From assembly GCA_039028615.1 (NCBI GenBank), contig JBCCHT010000081.1:1-17452 (forward strand): DNA of 17,452 bases. The letters run 5' to 3'. This document shows, in pieces, positions 1 through 8,306 of this stretch. Both the position numbers and the translations under genes were made by a program. Under the pieces are notes generated by a model. That model saw only the letters and a program-made list of their open reading frames with translations, was not told the origin of the DNA and did no database searches. This DNA comes from Myxococcota bacterium. GTDB taxonomy: Bacteria; Myxococcota_A; Polyangia; Nannocystales; Nannocystaceae. How positions within the stretch are numbered: position 1 is the stretch's first letter; each line of letters opens with the position of its first letter.

Positions 1-290
1 CGTCGACGACTACGCGCTGCGAAGCTGTCGCAAGGCCATCGACGATTTCCGCGAGCAACACGGCATCGAGGACGAGGTGATGCCCATCGACGACTACTCC
101 GTGTACTGGCGTCGAAGCAAATGAGACGAAGGCCCGAACCGCCTCGATGCGGTCCGGGCCTTCGTCTCATTTGCTTCGACGCCAGTACACGGAGTAGTCG
201 TCGATGGGCATCACCTCGTCCTCGATGCCGTGTTGCTCGCGGAAATCGTCGATGGCCTTGCGACAGCTTCGCAGCGCGTAGTCGTCGACG
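1..290. repeat. Long perfect inverted repeat (arms 1-136 and 155-290) centred on a terminator-like hairpin; the left arm is a mirror copy of the 3' end of the O-methyltransferase gene
   Basis: Base i pairs with base 291-i from 1 to 136. The + strand 2..124 translates VDDYALRSCRKAIDDFREQHGIEDEVMPIDDYSVYWRRSK*, identical to the C-terminus of the ORF at 167..937(-). Confidence 0.95.
125..166 (-). terminator. GC-rich hairpin directly after the O-methyltransferase stop codon
   Basis: Minus strand reads TGA-gacgaaggcccggaccgc-atcgag-gcggttcgggccttcgtc, a stem with one G.U pair. Confidence 0.6.
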
Positions 291-937
291 ATCACAAAGC
301 CCCCGACCGAGAGCTTCGGGTAGAGGTTGGACAGCGAGTCGATGGTGGACTCGTACAGGTCACCATCGAGACGGAGGACCGCGAGGCGCTCGACCGGCGC
401 ATTGGGCAGACTGTCACAGAAGAAGCCCTTGATGAACTGAACCTGGTCATCGAGCAGATCGTAGCGGCGGAAGTGCTCCTTGACCTGATCGACGGACACC
501 GCCAGCACCTTGTTGGCGCGATGCAGGCCCAGCCGGACGTCGAGCGGGTGGGCATCGTCGTCGACGGTCGGAATCCCCTCGAAGGAGTCCGCGACCCACA
601 CGCGTCGATCGGTGATGCCATGAGCGGCCAAGACGGCTCGCATCAGGATGCAGACACCACCTCGCCAGACTCCGGTCTCGATGAGATCGCCGGGGATGTT
701 GTCCTCGATGACCTTCTCTACACACTCGTGCACGTTGTTGAGGCGGGCCAGGCCCACCATCGTGTGGGCAACACTCGGCCAGTCGAGACCGACCTTTCGT
801 TTTTCGGCGTCGTACCCCTTGGGGGCCTTGAACCAAGGAATGTCGACGTGCTCGTAGCCCAGGGGAGTGTCCTGGTAGATCACGTTGGCAAGGATCTTCT
901 TCATGAGATCCAGATACAGATGATTGGGTCGACCCAT
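167..937 (-). CDS. TylF/MycF/NovP-family (macrocin-type) sugar O-methyltransferase
   Basis: Family motifs YLDLMKKIL, DWPSVAHTMVGLARL, PGDLIETGVWRGG, VWVADSFEG, LRLDGDLYEST and GGFVIVDDY; 256 aa. Confidence 0.93.
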   Translation of the reverse strand: MGRPNHLYLDLMKKILANVIYQDTPLGYEHVDIPWFKAPKGYDAEKRKVGLDWPSVAHTMVGLARLNNVHECVEKVIEDNIPGDLIETGVWRGGVCILMRAVLAAHGITDRRVWVADSFEGIPTVDDDAHPLDVRLGLHRANKVLAVSVDQVKEHFRRYDLLDDQVQFIKGFFCDSLPNAPVERLAVLRLDGDLYESTIDSLSNLYPKLSVGGFVIVDDYALRSCRKAIDDFREQHGIEDEVMPIDDYSVYWRRSK

Positions 938-943
938 TCGCCC

Positions 944-986
944 AACCTAGCCGCTTGTGTCGACCGGAAATGCTCACAGTGGTGCA
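944..986 (-). promoter_or_regulatory. Palindromic box (971-986) plus -10-like TAGGTT (949-944); probable leaderless promoter of the O-methyltransferase
   Basis: Minus strand: TGCACC-ACTG-TGAGCA, 21 nt, TAGGTT, 6 nt, ATG at 937. Confidence 0.6.
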
Positions 987-1021
987 CCTTCGGTGAACGT
1001 CCGAAGTCCGGCGCGGGGGCT

Positions 1022-1037
1022 CGCTCACTTGTGAGCA
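1022..1037 (+). promoter_or_regulatory. Palindromic box upstream of 2,3-dehydratase 1
   Basis: CGCTCA-CTTG-TGAGCA, followed 22 nt later by TACGGA (1060-1065). Confidence 0.65.
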
Positions 1038-1075
1038 GTCCGATCGCGGCGGGAAGGTTTACGGATTAAGGGCCG

Positions 1076-2533
1076 ATGACTCTCCCGATCCCGGTTGCCT
1101 CCGAAGCGGACGTCCTCGCTCGACTCGCCCACTCGTCCCAGAGTCCGCAGAGCCCGGTCTGGCCGCTCAGCCGCTTCTTCTCCTGGCTGGTGGAACGCGC
1201 GGCCGCACGAGCGTTCACCGTCGAGCAGATGCCGCTGGCGAAGATGGACCAGTGGTCGACCGATTCCGAGACCGGCAACATCGGCCATCGCTCTGGGCGT
1301 TTCTTCACCATCGAGGGGCTGAAGGTCGAGTCGGACCTTCCGTGGGTGACCAACTGGGTTCAGCCCATCATCGTGCAGCCCGAAGTCGGTGTCCTCGGGA
1401 TACTGATCAAGGAGATCGGCGGCGTCCTGCACTGCCTGATGCACGCCAAGATGGAGCCCGGCAACGTCAACGTCGTGCAGCTGTCACCCACCGTACAGGC
1501 GACGCGCAGCAACTATATGGGTGTGCACGCGGGCGCGGCGGTGCCCTACCTCGACTACTTCCGCCCCAACGGCCGCAGCCGGGTCATCGTGGATGTGCTC
1601 CAGCCCGAGCAGGGCTCGTGGTTCTACCAGAAGAAGAACCGCAACATCGTGGTCGAGACCGATGACGACGTGGAGGTCGGCGAGGACTTCTGCTGGCTGA
1701 CGCTCGGCCAGCTCACCCAGCTTCTGCACTGGGACGACATCGTCAACATGGACACGCGCACCGTGCTGTCGTGCATCCCCTCGGCCGAGGACGTCGACGC
1801 GCGCGGCGAGTCCACGCTACGGGGAGAACCTCGCTCGTTCTCCGAGGAGATCCGCCACTCCTTCGCCGCCCTGCAACGCGGCCACCATACTCTGCGTGAA
1901 GTGCTGGGCTGGCTCTCCGAACAGCGCTCCCGCCGAGTGGTCATCCAACGCCGGGTACCCCTGCGCCAGATCGACGACGGCGGGTGGCGTCGCAGCGACG
2001 AGCTCATCGCGCACGAATCCGGCCGCTACTTCCAGGTCGTCGGCGTAGACGTCGTAGCGGGCGGTCGCGAGGTCGGCTCTTGGCAGCAGCCCCTGCTCGC
2101 GCCGATCGAGACGGGCCTCCTCGCCCTCATCGCACGGCGCGTCGATGGTTTGCTGCACGTGCTGGTCCAGGCGCGGATCGAAGCGGGCTCACCCAACGCG
2201 GTAGAGATGGCCCCGACCGTGCACTGCCAGCCGATCAACTACCAAGACCGACCTCCCGAGGCGCGCCCTCGCTTCCTCGACGCGGTGCTCGACGCTCCGG
2301 CCGAGAGCATCCGCTACGACGTCATCCAGTCCGAAGAAGGCGGCCGCTTTTTCCACGCGCGCAACCGTTGCATGGTGGTGGAGGTCGGCGACGATTTCCC
2401 GCTCGAGGCACCCGACCACTACATGTGGGCAACGCTGGGTCAGCTCAGCGCCTTGCTCAGCCACGGCAGCTACATGAACGTGGAGCTCCGCACCCTGGTG
2501 GCCTGTGCCAAGGCCCTGGGCCAACGCAGTTGA
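1076..2533 (+). CDS. NDP-4-keto-6-deoxyhexose 2,3-dehydratase (EvaA/TylX3/EryBVI family), copy 1
   Basis: HRSGRFFTIEG, QPIIVQPEVGVLG, AKMEPGN, QLSPTVQATRSNY, EQGSWFYQKKNRN, SEEGGRFFHARNR and NVELRTL; two-repeat architecture; 485 aa. Confidence 0.95.
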   Translation: MTLPIPVASEADVLARLAHSSQSPQSPVWPLSRFFSWLVERAAARAFTVEQMPLAKMDQWSTDSETGNIGHRSGRFFTIEGLKVESDLPWVTNWVQPIIVQPEVGVLGILIKEIGGVLHCLMHAKMEPGNVNVVQLSPTVQATRSNYMGVHAGAAVPYLDYFRPNGRSRVIVDVLQPEQGSWFYQKKNRNIVVETDDDVEVGEDFCWLTLGQLTQLLHWDDIVNMDTRTVLSCIPSAEDVDARGESTLRGEPRSFSEEIRHSFAALQRGHHTLREVLGWLSEQRSRRVVIQRRVPLRQIDDGGWRRSDELIAHESGRYFQVVGVDVVAGGREVGSWQQPLLAPIETGLLALIARRVDGLLHVLVQARIEAGSPNAVEMAPTVHCQPINYQDRPPEARPRFLDAVLDAPAESIRYDVIQSEEGGRFFHARNRCMVVEVGDDFPLEAPDHYMWATLGQLSALLSHGSYMNVELRTLVACAKALGQRS

Positions 2534-2552
2534 GCCGACGGCAACGTCGGCT
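2533..2552 (+). terminator. Short hairpin after the dehydratase 1 stop codon
   Basis: agccgacg-GCAA-cgtcggct: 8-bp perfect stem with a GNRA tetraloop and no U-tract. Confidence 0.45.
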
Positions 2553-2579
2553 GACACCGTGACTCGAAGCGACTAGCAT
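2551..2579 (+). promoter_or_regulatory. Sigma70-like promoter of the AlkZ-like gene (leaderless)
   Basis: CTGACA (2551-2556), 17 nt, TAGCAT (2574-2579), 7 nt, ATG at 2587; no Shine-Dalgarno sequence. Confidence 0.6.
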
Positions 2580-2586
2580 CCCCGGC

Positions 2587-3726
2587 ATGAAGGTCTCCGA
2601 ACGAGCCCTCAACCGCGCCCTCCTTGCTCGCCAGGGACTGAGCACGCCCCTGACGCAGCCGGTCGCCGAGGTCGTGACCGCCATCGGCGCGATGCAGGCC
2701 CAGCAGTGGAGCACGATCCCCATCGCGCTGTGGTCTCGCATGAAGAGCTTCGACGCCGCCGACCTTCATGCGGCTTTGGACGCGGGTGATCTCGTCGTCG
2801 GCACTTCGATCCGCCGCACCGTACACCTCGTCAGCGCCCCCGAGCACCCAGCCTACGCCACCGTGGCCGATGCCATGGGCGCCAACGAGTGGCAGCGCGG
2901 CAAGACGGCCCCCTCGAAAAGAGCCGCGCAGCTCCGCAAGAAGCTCCGCACCCATCTCGCCAAGACCAAGACCGCCGCCCAGCTCGTAGACTTCATCGAA
3001 GCCTGGGTGGACGCGAACCCGGGGGTCATCGCGGAGGACGAGCTGACCGAGCAACGAAAGTACAAGTGGCGCCCCTTGTATACGTGGAGTGCCTTGCTTC
3101 GCGCTCCCGCGGACGACGTCTGGTCCGACAAGACTCCCGCGGCCTATCGCGCGGCGAAGGTCATGCCCGGAACCAAGGCCGCGCCCACCGTCGACGACGC
3201 ACTCGAGCAGGTGATCCGCGCCCACCTGCGCGCGTTCGGTCCCGCTGCCCCCGACGACGTCGCCGGCTGGATCGGCTGGAAGGTCACCCCGGTTCGCGCG
3301 GCCATGGAAGCGATGGCCGACGAGTTGGAGACCTTCTCCGACGGCACCAAGCGCACGCTCTACGACCTTGCCGATGCACCGCGACCGGGGCCCGATGCTC
3401 CCGCCCCGCCCCGTCTGCTACCCGCCTTCGACAGCACCCTGCTCGCCTACGCCAACAAACACCGTGGACGCATTCTCCCCGACGAGTACAAGAAGGCGGT
3501 GTACTCGGGCGCCAACCTGCGGGTGAAGCCCACCGTGCTCGTCGACGGGCAGGTCGCCGGGATCTGGTCGACCAAGCTGCAACGTCGCGTCTCGACGCTG
3601 ACCATCGAGGCCTTCGACCGCATCCCGGCCAAGGTCCAACGCAAGCTGGAGTCGGTAGGTGACCAGCTGCTGCGCACGCTCGAGCCCAAGTCCCGCGAGT
3701 ACGAGGTGGTGTTCGCTCAGTCTTGA
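2587..3726 (+). CDS. HTH_42 winged-helix protein, AlkZ-like DNA glycosylase (crosslink/adduct repair; candidate self-resistance)
   Basis: LNRALLARQGL start, GAMQAQ (QxQ motif), RRTVHLV, HLRAFGPA..DDVAGWIG, RLLPAFDSTLL and PTVLVDGQVAGIW; 379 aa. Confidence 0.88.
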   Translation: MKVSERALNRALLARQGLSTPLTQPVAEVVTAIGAMQAQQWSTIPIALWSRMKSFDAADLHAALDAGDLVVGTSIRRTVHLVSAPEHPAYATVADAMGANEWQRGKTAPSKRAAQLRKKLRTHLAKTKTAAQLVDFIEAWVDANPGVIAEDELTEQRKYKWRPLYTWSALLRAPADDVWSDKTPAAYRAAKVMPGTKAAPTVDDALEQVIRAHLRAFGPAAPDDVAGWIGWKVTPVRAAMEAMADELETFSDGTKRTLYDLADAPRPGPDAPAPPRLLPAFDSTLLAYANKHRGRILPDEYKKAVYSGANLRVKPTVLVDGQVAGIWSTKLQRRVSTLTIEAFDRIPAKVQRKLESVGDQLLRTLEPKSREYEVVFAQS

Positions 3727-3757
3727 GCAGCACCCCTGCCTCGCGCCGCCCTAGGCT
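3714..3757 (+). promoter_or_regulatory. Palindromic box (3714-3729) plus -10-like TAGGCT (3752-3757) for the glycosyltransferase
   Basis: CGCTCA-GTCT-TGAGCA, 22 nt, TAGGCT. The box overlaps the stop codon of the AlkZ-like gene. Confidence 0.65.
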
Positions 3758-3793
3758 ACTGCCGCTGGCCGAGCCGTACGGCCAGATCGGCCG

Positions 3794-4987
3794 ATGCGAG
3801 CGCTATTTACCTCGATCCCCACCAGTGGCCACGTTCACCCCCTGCTCCCGCTCGCCGATGCGCTGCGCGAAGCGGGGCACGAGGTCGCCTTTGCGTGCGC
3901 GCCTTCGCTGCGCCCTTCGGTTGCGGCCTACGGGTTCGAGAGCTTCGGCGTGAGCCTCAACCGCGACGGTGATGGCAACGCGGAGTTCGATGCGCTCAAG
4001 AAGAAGGCACGCGCCCTCAAACCCGGGTTCGAGCTCGACAAGCTCGGCATCGCGGATGTGATCTACGGGGTCCGAACGCGGCAGATGCTCCCCGGGCTGC
4101 TCGAGGTCGGCAAGTCCTTCGCTCCCGATCTATTCGTCCACGAGTGCTTCGAGGCCGGGGCTGCGATCGTCGGCGACCGCCTCGGCATTCCCCACGTCAG
4201 CGTGGACATCATGCCGCTGTTCGATCGACAGCCCATGCAGTCGGCAATCGACGCCGAGCTGGCGCGCGCGCGCGCGATGGTCGACTTGCCCCCCGATCCC
4301 GAGATGCTCACCCGGGGTCTGGTGCTGAGCTTCGTCCCCCCGGGACTCCTCGATCCCGAGCTCCCTCGCCCCGAGCACCTCGAGCTGCTGCGACCGACGT
4401 TCTTCGATCGGTCGGGCGACGAAGGGCTGCCCGCGTGGTTCGAAAACCGCCCGGACCGTCCGCTCGTGTACGTCACCGTGGGCACCGTGGCCAACCGCTG
4501 GCGCTCCGATGCGGGGTCCTTGATGCAGACCATCATCGACGGCCTCCGCGACGAGCCGATCGAAGTCGTCGCCACCATCGGCCGTGAGGGCAACCCGGAG
4601 GACCTCGGTCCGCAGCCCGACAACGTCCACATCGAGCGCTATATCCCGCAGTCGCTCCTGCTGCCGCACTGTGACGTCTGTGTCAGCCACGCGGGCTTCA
4701 GCACGCTCTTGAGCTCGATCGACAACGGGATCCCTCAGCTGCTCGTGCCGCAGCTCGTCGACGATCCATTCAATGCCGCGCGGTGCCAGGCGGTGGGCAT
4801 CGGACTGAACGAAGATCCGAGCACGCTCACCTCCGATCGCGTGCGCACGGCGGCGCGTCGCCTCCTCGACGAGCCGAGCTTCCGCCGCGAGGCCCAGGCC
4901 ATGCAAACGCAGATGCACGAGCTGCCGGGGCTCGATCACGCCGTGCGGCGCCTCGAGTCACTCGCGGCGACCGGCTCCCTCGGGTGA
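3794..4987 (+). CDS. GT1 (GT-B fold) natural-product glycosyltransferase, EryCIII/MGT-like
   Basis: MRALFTSIPTSGHVHPLLPLADALREAGHEVAFA, RPLVYVTVGT, NVHIERYIPQSLLLPHCD, HAGFST and GIPQLLVPQLVDDPFNA; 397 aa. Confidence 0.93.
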   Translation: MRALFTSIPTSGHVHPLLPLADALREAGHEVAFACAPSLRPSVAAYGFESFGVSLNRDGDGNAEFDALKKKARALKPGFELDKLGIADVIYGVRTRQMLPGLLEVGKSFAPDLFVHECFEAGAAIVGDRLGIPHVSVDIMPLFDRQPMQSAIDAELARARAMVDLPPDPEMLTRGLVLSFVPPGLLDPELPRPEHLELLRPTFFDRSGDEGLPAWFENRPDRPLVYVTVGTVANRWRSDAGSLMQTIIDGLRDEPIEVVATIGREGNPEDLGPQPDNVHIERYIPQSLLLPHCDVCVSHAGFSTLLSSIDNGIPQLLVPQLVDDPFNAARCQAVGIGLNEDPSTLTSDRVRTAARRLLDEPSFRREAQAMQTQMHELPGLDHAVRRLESLAATGSLG

Positions 4988-5001
4988 CTCCAGGCCGAGT
5001 G

Positions 5002-5045
5002 CGCTCACTAGTGGGCAGTGGCGGACCCCCGCGGTGGTGTGTGGT
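5002..5045 (+). promoter_or_regulatory. Palindromic box (5002-5017) plus weak -10 TGTGGT (5040-5045)
   Basis: CGCTCA-CTAG-TGGGCA, 22 nt, TGTGGT, 6 nt, ATG at 5052. Confidence 0.55.
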
Positions 5046-5051
5046 CGACCC

Positions 5052-5939
5052 ATGGCCACTCCTGCTTCCCACGACGAGCTCGGCCCGGCGCTTCGCCCCG
5101 CGTCGGCTCAGCTGTCGAACCCCGACGCATCGATCCTTCACTCCGCCAACTGCGGCCTCATCGTCCACCGGGTAGGGCGCATCTGTGAGGCGTTCCGCGG
5201 CGAGGCCCGAGACTTCGCCCGTACCTTGCAAGGGCACGTCAACGACGCCCTCGGGTCGACCGCCACCACCCTGCTCTACGACGAGCTGCTCGGCGACGAG
5301 CATCGATTCCACTGGTTCGTGCACCTGCGCAAGCCCAACGACTATGTGCACTTCATCCACATGTCCGACGACGACGAGGACGTGCGCGAGCTCGTGGAGT
5401 CCGACCGGCTCGAGCACAAGGGCGGCGGGAACTGGGATCGCATGTTCGAGGAAGGCAGCTTCCGAGAGACGATCATGGTCCCTCAGCACGGCCTGGTCCC
5501 CGCCCAGGTCGACTCGGAGGAGCTGTTCGTACCGGCGGGGCGCCACCAGACGACCCAGACCGACGACCAGCTCGTCCACAGCGCGAACGCAGCCATCGTC
5601 GTGCGGCGAACGGCTCGGGTCCGCTTTCGTTTTCGCGAGCAAGGCCGTCGCCTCGGTCATCGCTGGGCGGAGGGACTCAACCGCGCCCATGCCGGAGATC
5701 TGACCGCCCTGCTCTACGAAGAGACCTGGGGTCGACAAGACCGTCTCCACTGGCTGATCCATTTGCGCTCCTTCGAATGCCTCGAGCGCCTCGTGCGTCA
5801 CCCCGGGCCCAGCCTCGCCGATGCCCCCGAGGGCAATGAGCGAAGCGACGAACGGTGGAGCCACATGTTCGTGGACGGCAGCTTCTCCGACACGATCTTG
5901 GTGCCTCACTTCGAGGGACGCGGCCTCCATTGGCCGTAG
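5052..5939 (+). CDS. Unknown-function two-repeat protein (DUF6039-like), paralog A
   Basis: Two repeats of HSAN..IV.R...F...R.......LLY.E..G...R.HW..HLR...W..MF..GSF..TI.VP.H; clearly homologous to the next ORF. ATG 5052 is preferred over GTG 5034. The DUF6039 name is from recall and unverified. Confidence 0.75.
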   Translation: MATPASHDELGPALRPASAQLSNPDASILHSANCGLIVHRVGRICEAFRGEARDFARTLQGHVNDALGSTATTLLYDELLGDEHRFHWFVHLRKPNDYVHFIHMSDDDEDVRELVESDRLEHKGGGNWDRMFEEGSFRETIMVPQHGLVPAQVDSEELFVPAGRHQTTQTDDQLVHSANAAIVVRRTARVRFRFREQGRRLGHRWAEGLNRAHAGDLTALLYEETWGRQDRLHWLIHLRSFECLERLVRHPGPSLADAPEGNERSDERWSHMFVDGSFSDTILVPHFEGRGLHWP

Positions 5940-5945
5940 GCTCAG

Positions 5946-5961
5946 GTCTCAATACTGAGCG
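5946..5961 (+). promoter_or_regulatory. Degenerate palindromic box upstream of paralog B
   Basis: GTCTCA-ATAC-TGAGCG, 21 nt, TAAGTC (5983-5988), 8 nt, ATG at 5997. Confidence 0.5.
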
Positions 5962-5996
5962 GTCGTTTCCGGGGCTCGCTGATAAGTCCGTGTTCC

Positions 5997-6935
5997 ATGA
6001 GCGAAGCCTCGACCGACAACGTCATCAGCGAAACGCCCACCGCGGAGCAGCAGACCGAAGTCGCCCCGTCGGACCTGCTGAACTCCGCGAACTGCGGGGT
6101 CATCGTCGAGCGTGTGGCCGACATCAAGAGTGAGATGCGTTCCGAGGGCCGGACCTTCGCCCGCAACTTGGCCACGTACATCAACGAGACGCAAAAGGGC
6201 ATCGCCAGCGTGTTCGTGTACGAGGAGACCTTCGGCAAGAAAGACCGCATCCACTGGATGATTCACATGCGCTCGCTGCGAGACTACGAGCGCATGCTGA
6301 CCATGGGTACGCACGACGAGAAGTACCGCAACATCTTCACGCAGCAGGTCATCCCCGAGCACAAGGGCGGTGGCACCTGGGACCGGATCTTCATCGACGG
6401 CAGCATGCGAGAGTCGGTCATCATGCCGCAGTTTTGGGGCATGTACGGCACCGCCGCCACGCTTCGCGATGGTCGCCCTTCGATGTTCGAGGAGGGCCTC
6501 GAGACCGTGCTACCCGCGGCTCACCATCAGTGTGACCTGCCCCAGGAGAAGATCCTCCACTCGGGGAACTGCGGCGCGATCATTCACCGCAGCGCCCAGC
6601 TGGCCTACGAGTTCCGCTCCGAGGGCCGCCAGTTCGCTCGCGAGGCTCTCGATGCGATCAACGAGAAGGGCGGCGAGGTCACCGGCTTCCTCTACGAGGA
6701 AGCGTTCGGCGAGGCCGACCGCATCCACTGGTTGCTCCACATGAAGAGCGTGTCGTCCTACTACTGGCTGATCCGCATGCACGCGATGGAAGAGAAGGTT
6801 CGCGACATCTTCTTCCGCGACCGCATCCCGGCCGAGCGCGGCGGCGGCAACTGGTCGCGAATGTTCGTGCCGGGGAGCATGGTCGACGTCTGCCTCACGC
6901 CCCAGCACTGGGGCATGTACGCCACCAAGAAGTAA
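5997..6935 (+). CDS. Unknown-function two-repeat protein (DUF6039-like), paralog B
   Basis: Paired repeat motifs LNSANCG/LHSGNCG, RSEGRTFAR/RSEGRQFAR, YEETFGKKDRIHW/YEEAFGEADRIHW, GGGTWDRIF/GGGNWSRMF and PQFWGMY/PQHWGMY; 312 aa. Confidence 0.8.
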   Translation: MSEASTDNVISETPTAEQQTEVAPSDLLNSANCGVIVERVADIKSEMRSEGRTFARNLATYINETQKGIASVFVYEETFGKKDRIHWMIHMRSLRDYERMLTMGTHDEKYRNIFTQQVIPEHKGGGTWDRIFIDGSMRESVIMPQFWGMYGTAATLRDGRPSMFEEGLETVLPAAHHQCDLPQEKILHSGNCGAIIHRSAQLAYEFRSEGRQFAREALDAINEKGGEVTGFLYEEAFGEADRIHWLLHMKSVSSYYWLIRMHAMEEKVRDIFFRDRIPAERGGGNWSRMFVPGSMVDVCLTPQHWGMYATKK

Positions 6936-6958
6936 CCCCTCACGACGGACGGCCTCCC

Positions 6959-8176
6959 ATGACCAACGCTGCCCCTGCATCCGACGGCGCTCCGCTGCCG
7001 TTTCCCTTTCCCATCGTCTCGAGCCTCGATCCATCGCCCGAGTACGCTCGGCTGCGCGCCGAGCAGCCCGTCGTTCGCGTTCGCCTCCCGAGTGGAGACC
7101 TCGCGTGGCTGGTGACTCGGCACGAGGACGTGCGCTTCGTCTTCGGCGACCCGCGCTTCAGCCGGGCTGCCGCCTGTGCTCCCGATGCGCCCCGCCTCAT
7201 GCCGGGCGTGGAGGCGGACCCCGAGTCCATCGTCAGTAAGGACGCCCCCGCCCACACCCGCCTGCGTCGCCTCGTTGCGCCCGCGTTCGTGCCCCGACGG
7301 ATGGAGGCCTACCGCGACATGATCACCAACACGGTCGATCGCCTGCTCGATGGCATGGAGGCGGCGGGGCCTCCGGCCGACATCGTCGCGCACCTGAGCA
7401 GCACGCTGCCGATGATCACCATCTGCGAGCTGCTCGGAGTCTCCGAAGAAGACCACGATCGCTTCCGCGAGTGGGCGACGACCATGTTCGGCACCACCAA
7501 AGAAGCGATGAAGAAGGGCATCGCCGCCCGCAAGTCGCTGCTGTCCTACCTGCAGACTCTCATCGAGCACAAGCGCAAGGAACGGGGCGACGACCTGCTC
7601 AGCGTGCTCATCGCGTACCAGGAAGAGGGCGACCGACTGAGCGGCAAGGAGCTGCTCTCGTTCGCGGGTGGCCTCATCGTCGCCGGCTACGAGACCACGT
7701 CCAACCGCATCGCCAACGCGGTGCTCATGCTCCTGCGCCACCCCGGGCAGCTCGCCCTGCTCCGAGACGGAGACGAGCACGTCGAGTCCGCGGTGGAAGA
7801 GCTGCTGCGCTTCATCCCGGGCGGCGCCGCGGGAGGCCTGATGCGAGTCGCCCTCGAGGACGTCGAGATCCGCGGGGTGACCGTGCACGAGGGCGACGGC
7901 ATCATCGCGGTCACCAACTCGGCCAACCGAGACGATGCCGTGTTCCCCGATCCAGACCGCTTCGACATCACGCGCAAGCCGGGCCCCCACAAGACCTTCG
8001 GGCACGGCATCCACTACTGCGTCGGAGCCCAGCTCGCCCGCATCGAGCTGCAGCAATCCCTCGGCCAGCTCGCTCGTCGCTTCCCAAACCTCAGCCTGGC
8101 CGTTCCCGAGCAAGAGCTGAAGTGGCGGAAGAACGTGGTGATTCACAGCCTCGAGTCGCTCCCCGTGAAGTGGTGA
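6959..8176 (+). CDS. Cytochrome P450 (CYP105/107-like)
   Basis: AWLVTRHEDVR, HTRLRRLV, I-helix AGYETT, ExxR (EELLR) and heme motif FGHGIHYCVGAQLAR; 405 aa. Confidence 0.97.
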   Translation: MTNAAPASDGAPLPFPFPIVSSLDPSPEYARLRAEQPVVRVRLPSGDLAWLVTRHEDVRFVFGDPRFSRAAACAPDAPRLMPGVEADPESIVSKDAPAHTRLRRLVAPAFVPRRMEAYRDMITNTVDRLLDGMEAAGPPADIVAHLSSTLPMITICELLGVSEEDHDRFREWATTMFGTTKEAMKKGIAARKSLLSYLQTLIEHKRKERGDDLLSVLIAYQEEGDRLSGKELLSFAGGLIVAGYETTSNRIANAVLMLLRHPGQLALLRDGDEHVESAVEELLRFIPGGAAGGLMRVALEDVEIRGVTVHEGDGIIAVTNSANRDDAVFPDPDRFDITRKPGPHKTFGHGIHYCVGAQLARIELQQSLGQLARRFPNLSLAVPEQELKWRKNVVIHSLESLPVKW

Positions 8177-8207
8177 GCCCGGTCGGCATCGCCGACCACC
8201 GAACCAC

Positions 8208-8245
8208 GAAAAAGCGACCGTCTCCATCGAGACGGTCGCTTTTTC
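8208..8245. terminator. Bidirectional intrinsic terminator between the convergent P450 and C-methyltransferase genes
   Basis: gaaaaagcgaccgtctc-catc-gagacggtcgctttttc: 17-bp perfect inverted repeat with A5/T5 tracts. Confidence 0.85.
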
Positions 8246-8263
8246 CGTTGCCAGGGTTGCCAG

Positions 8264-8306
8264 CGACGATGAGGGCCCGAGGGAGCTCCCCCGGGCCTTC
8301 GTCGTC
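8264..8306. terminator. Second hairpin directly after the C-methyltransferase stop codon
   Basis: gacgatgagggcccgaggg-agct-cccccgggccttcgtcgtc; shares the GACGAAGGCCCG arm with the hairpin at 125-166. Confidence 0.5.

Noticed and set aside
2..124. Second genuine O-methyltransferase gene
   Set aside because: 100% identical mirror at the window edge, centred on a hairpin; more likely a fold-back artefact.
6761..8227. 488-aa - strand ORF
   Set aside because: Antisense mirror of the P450.
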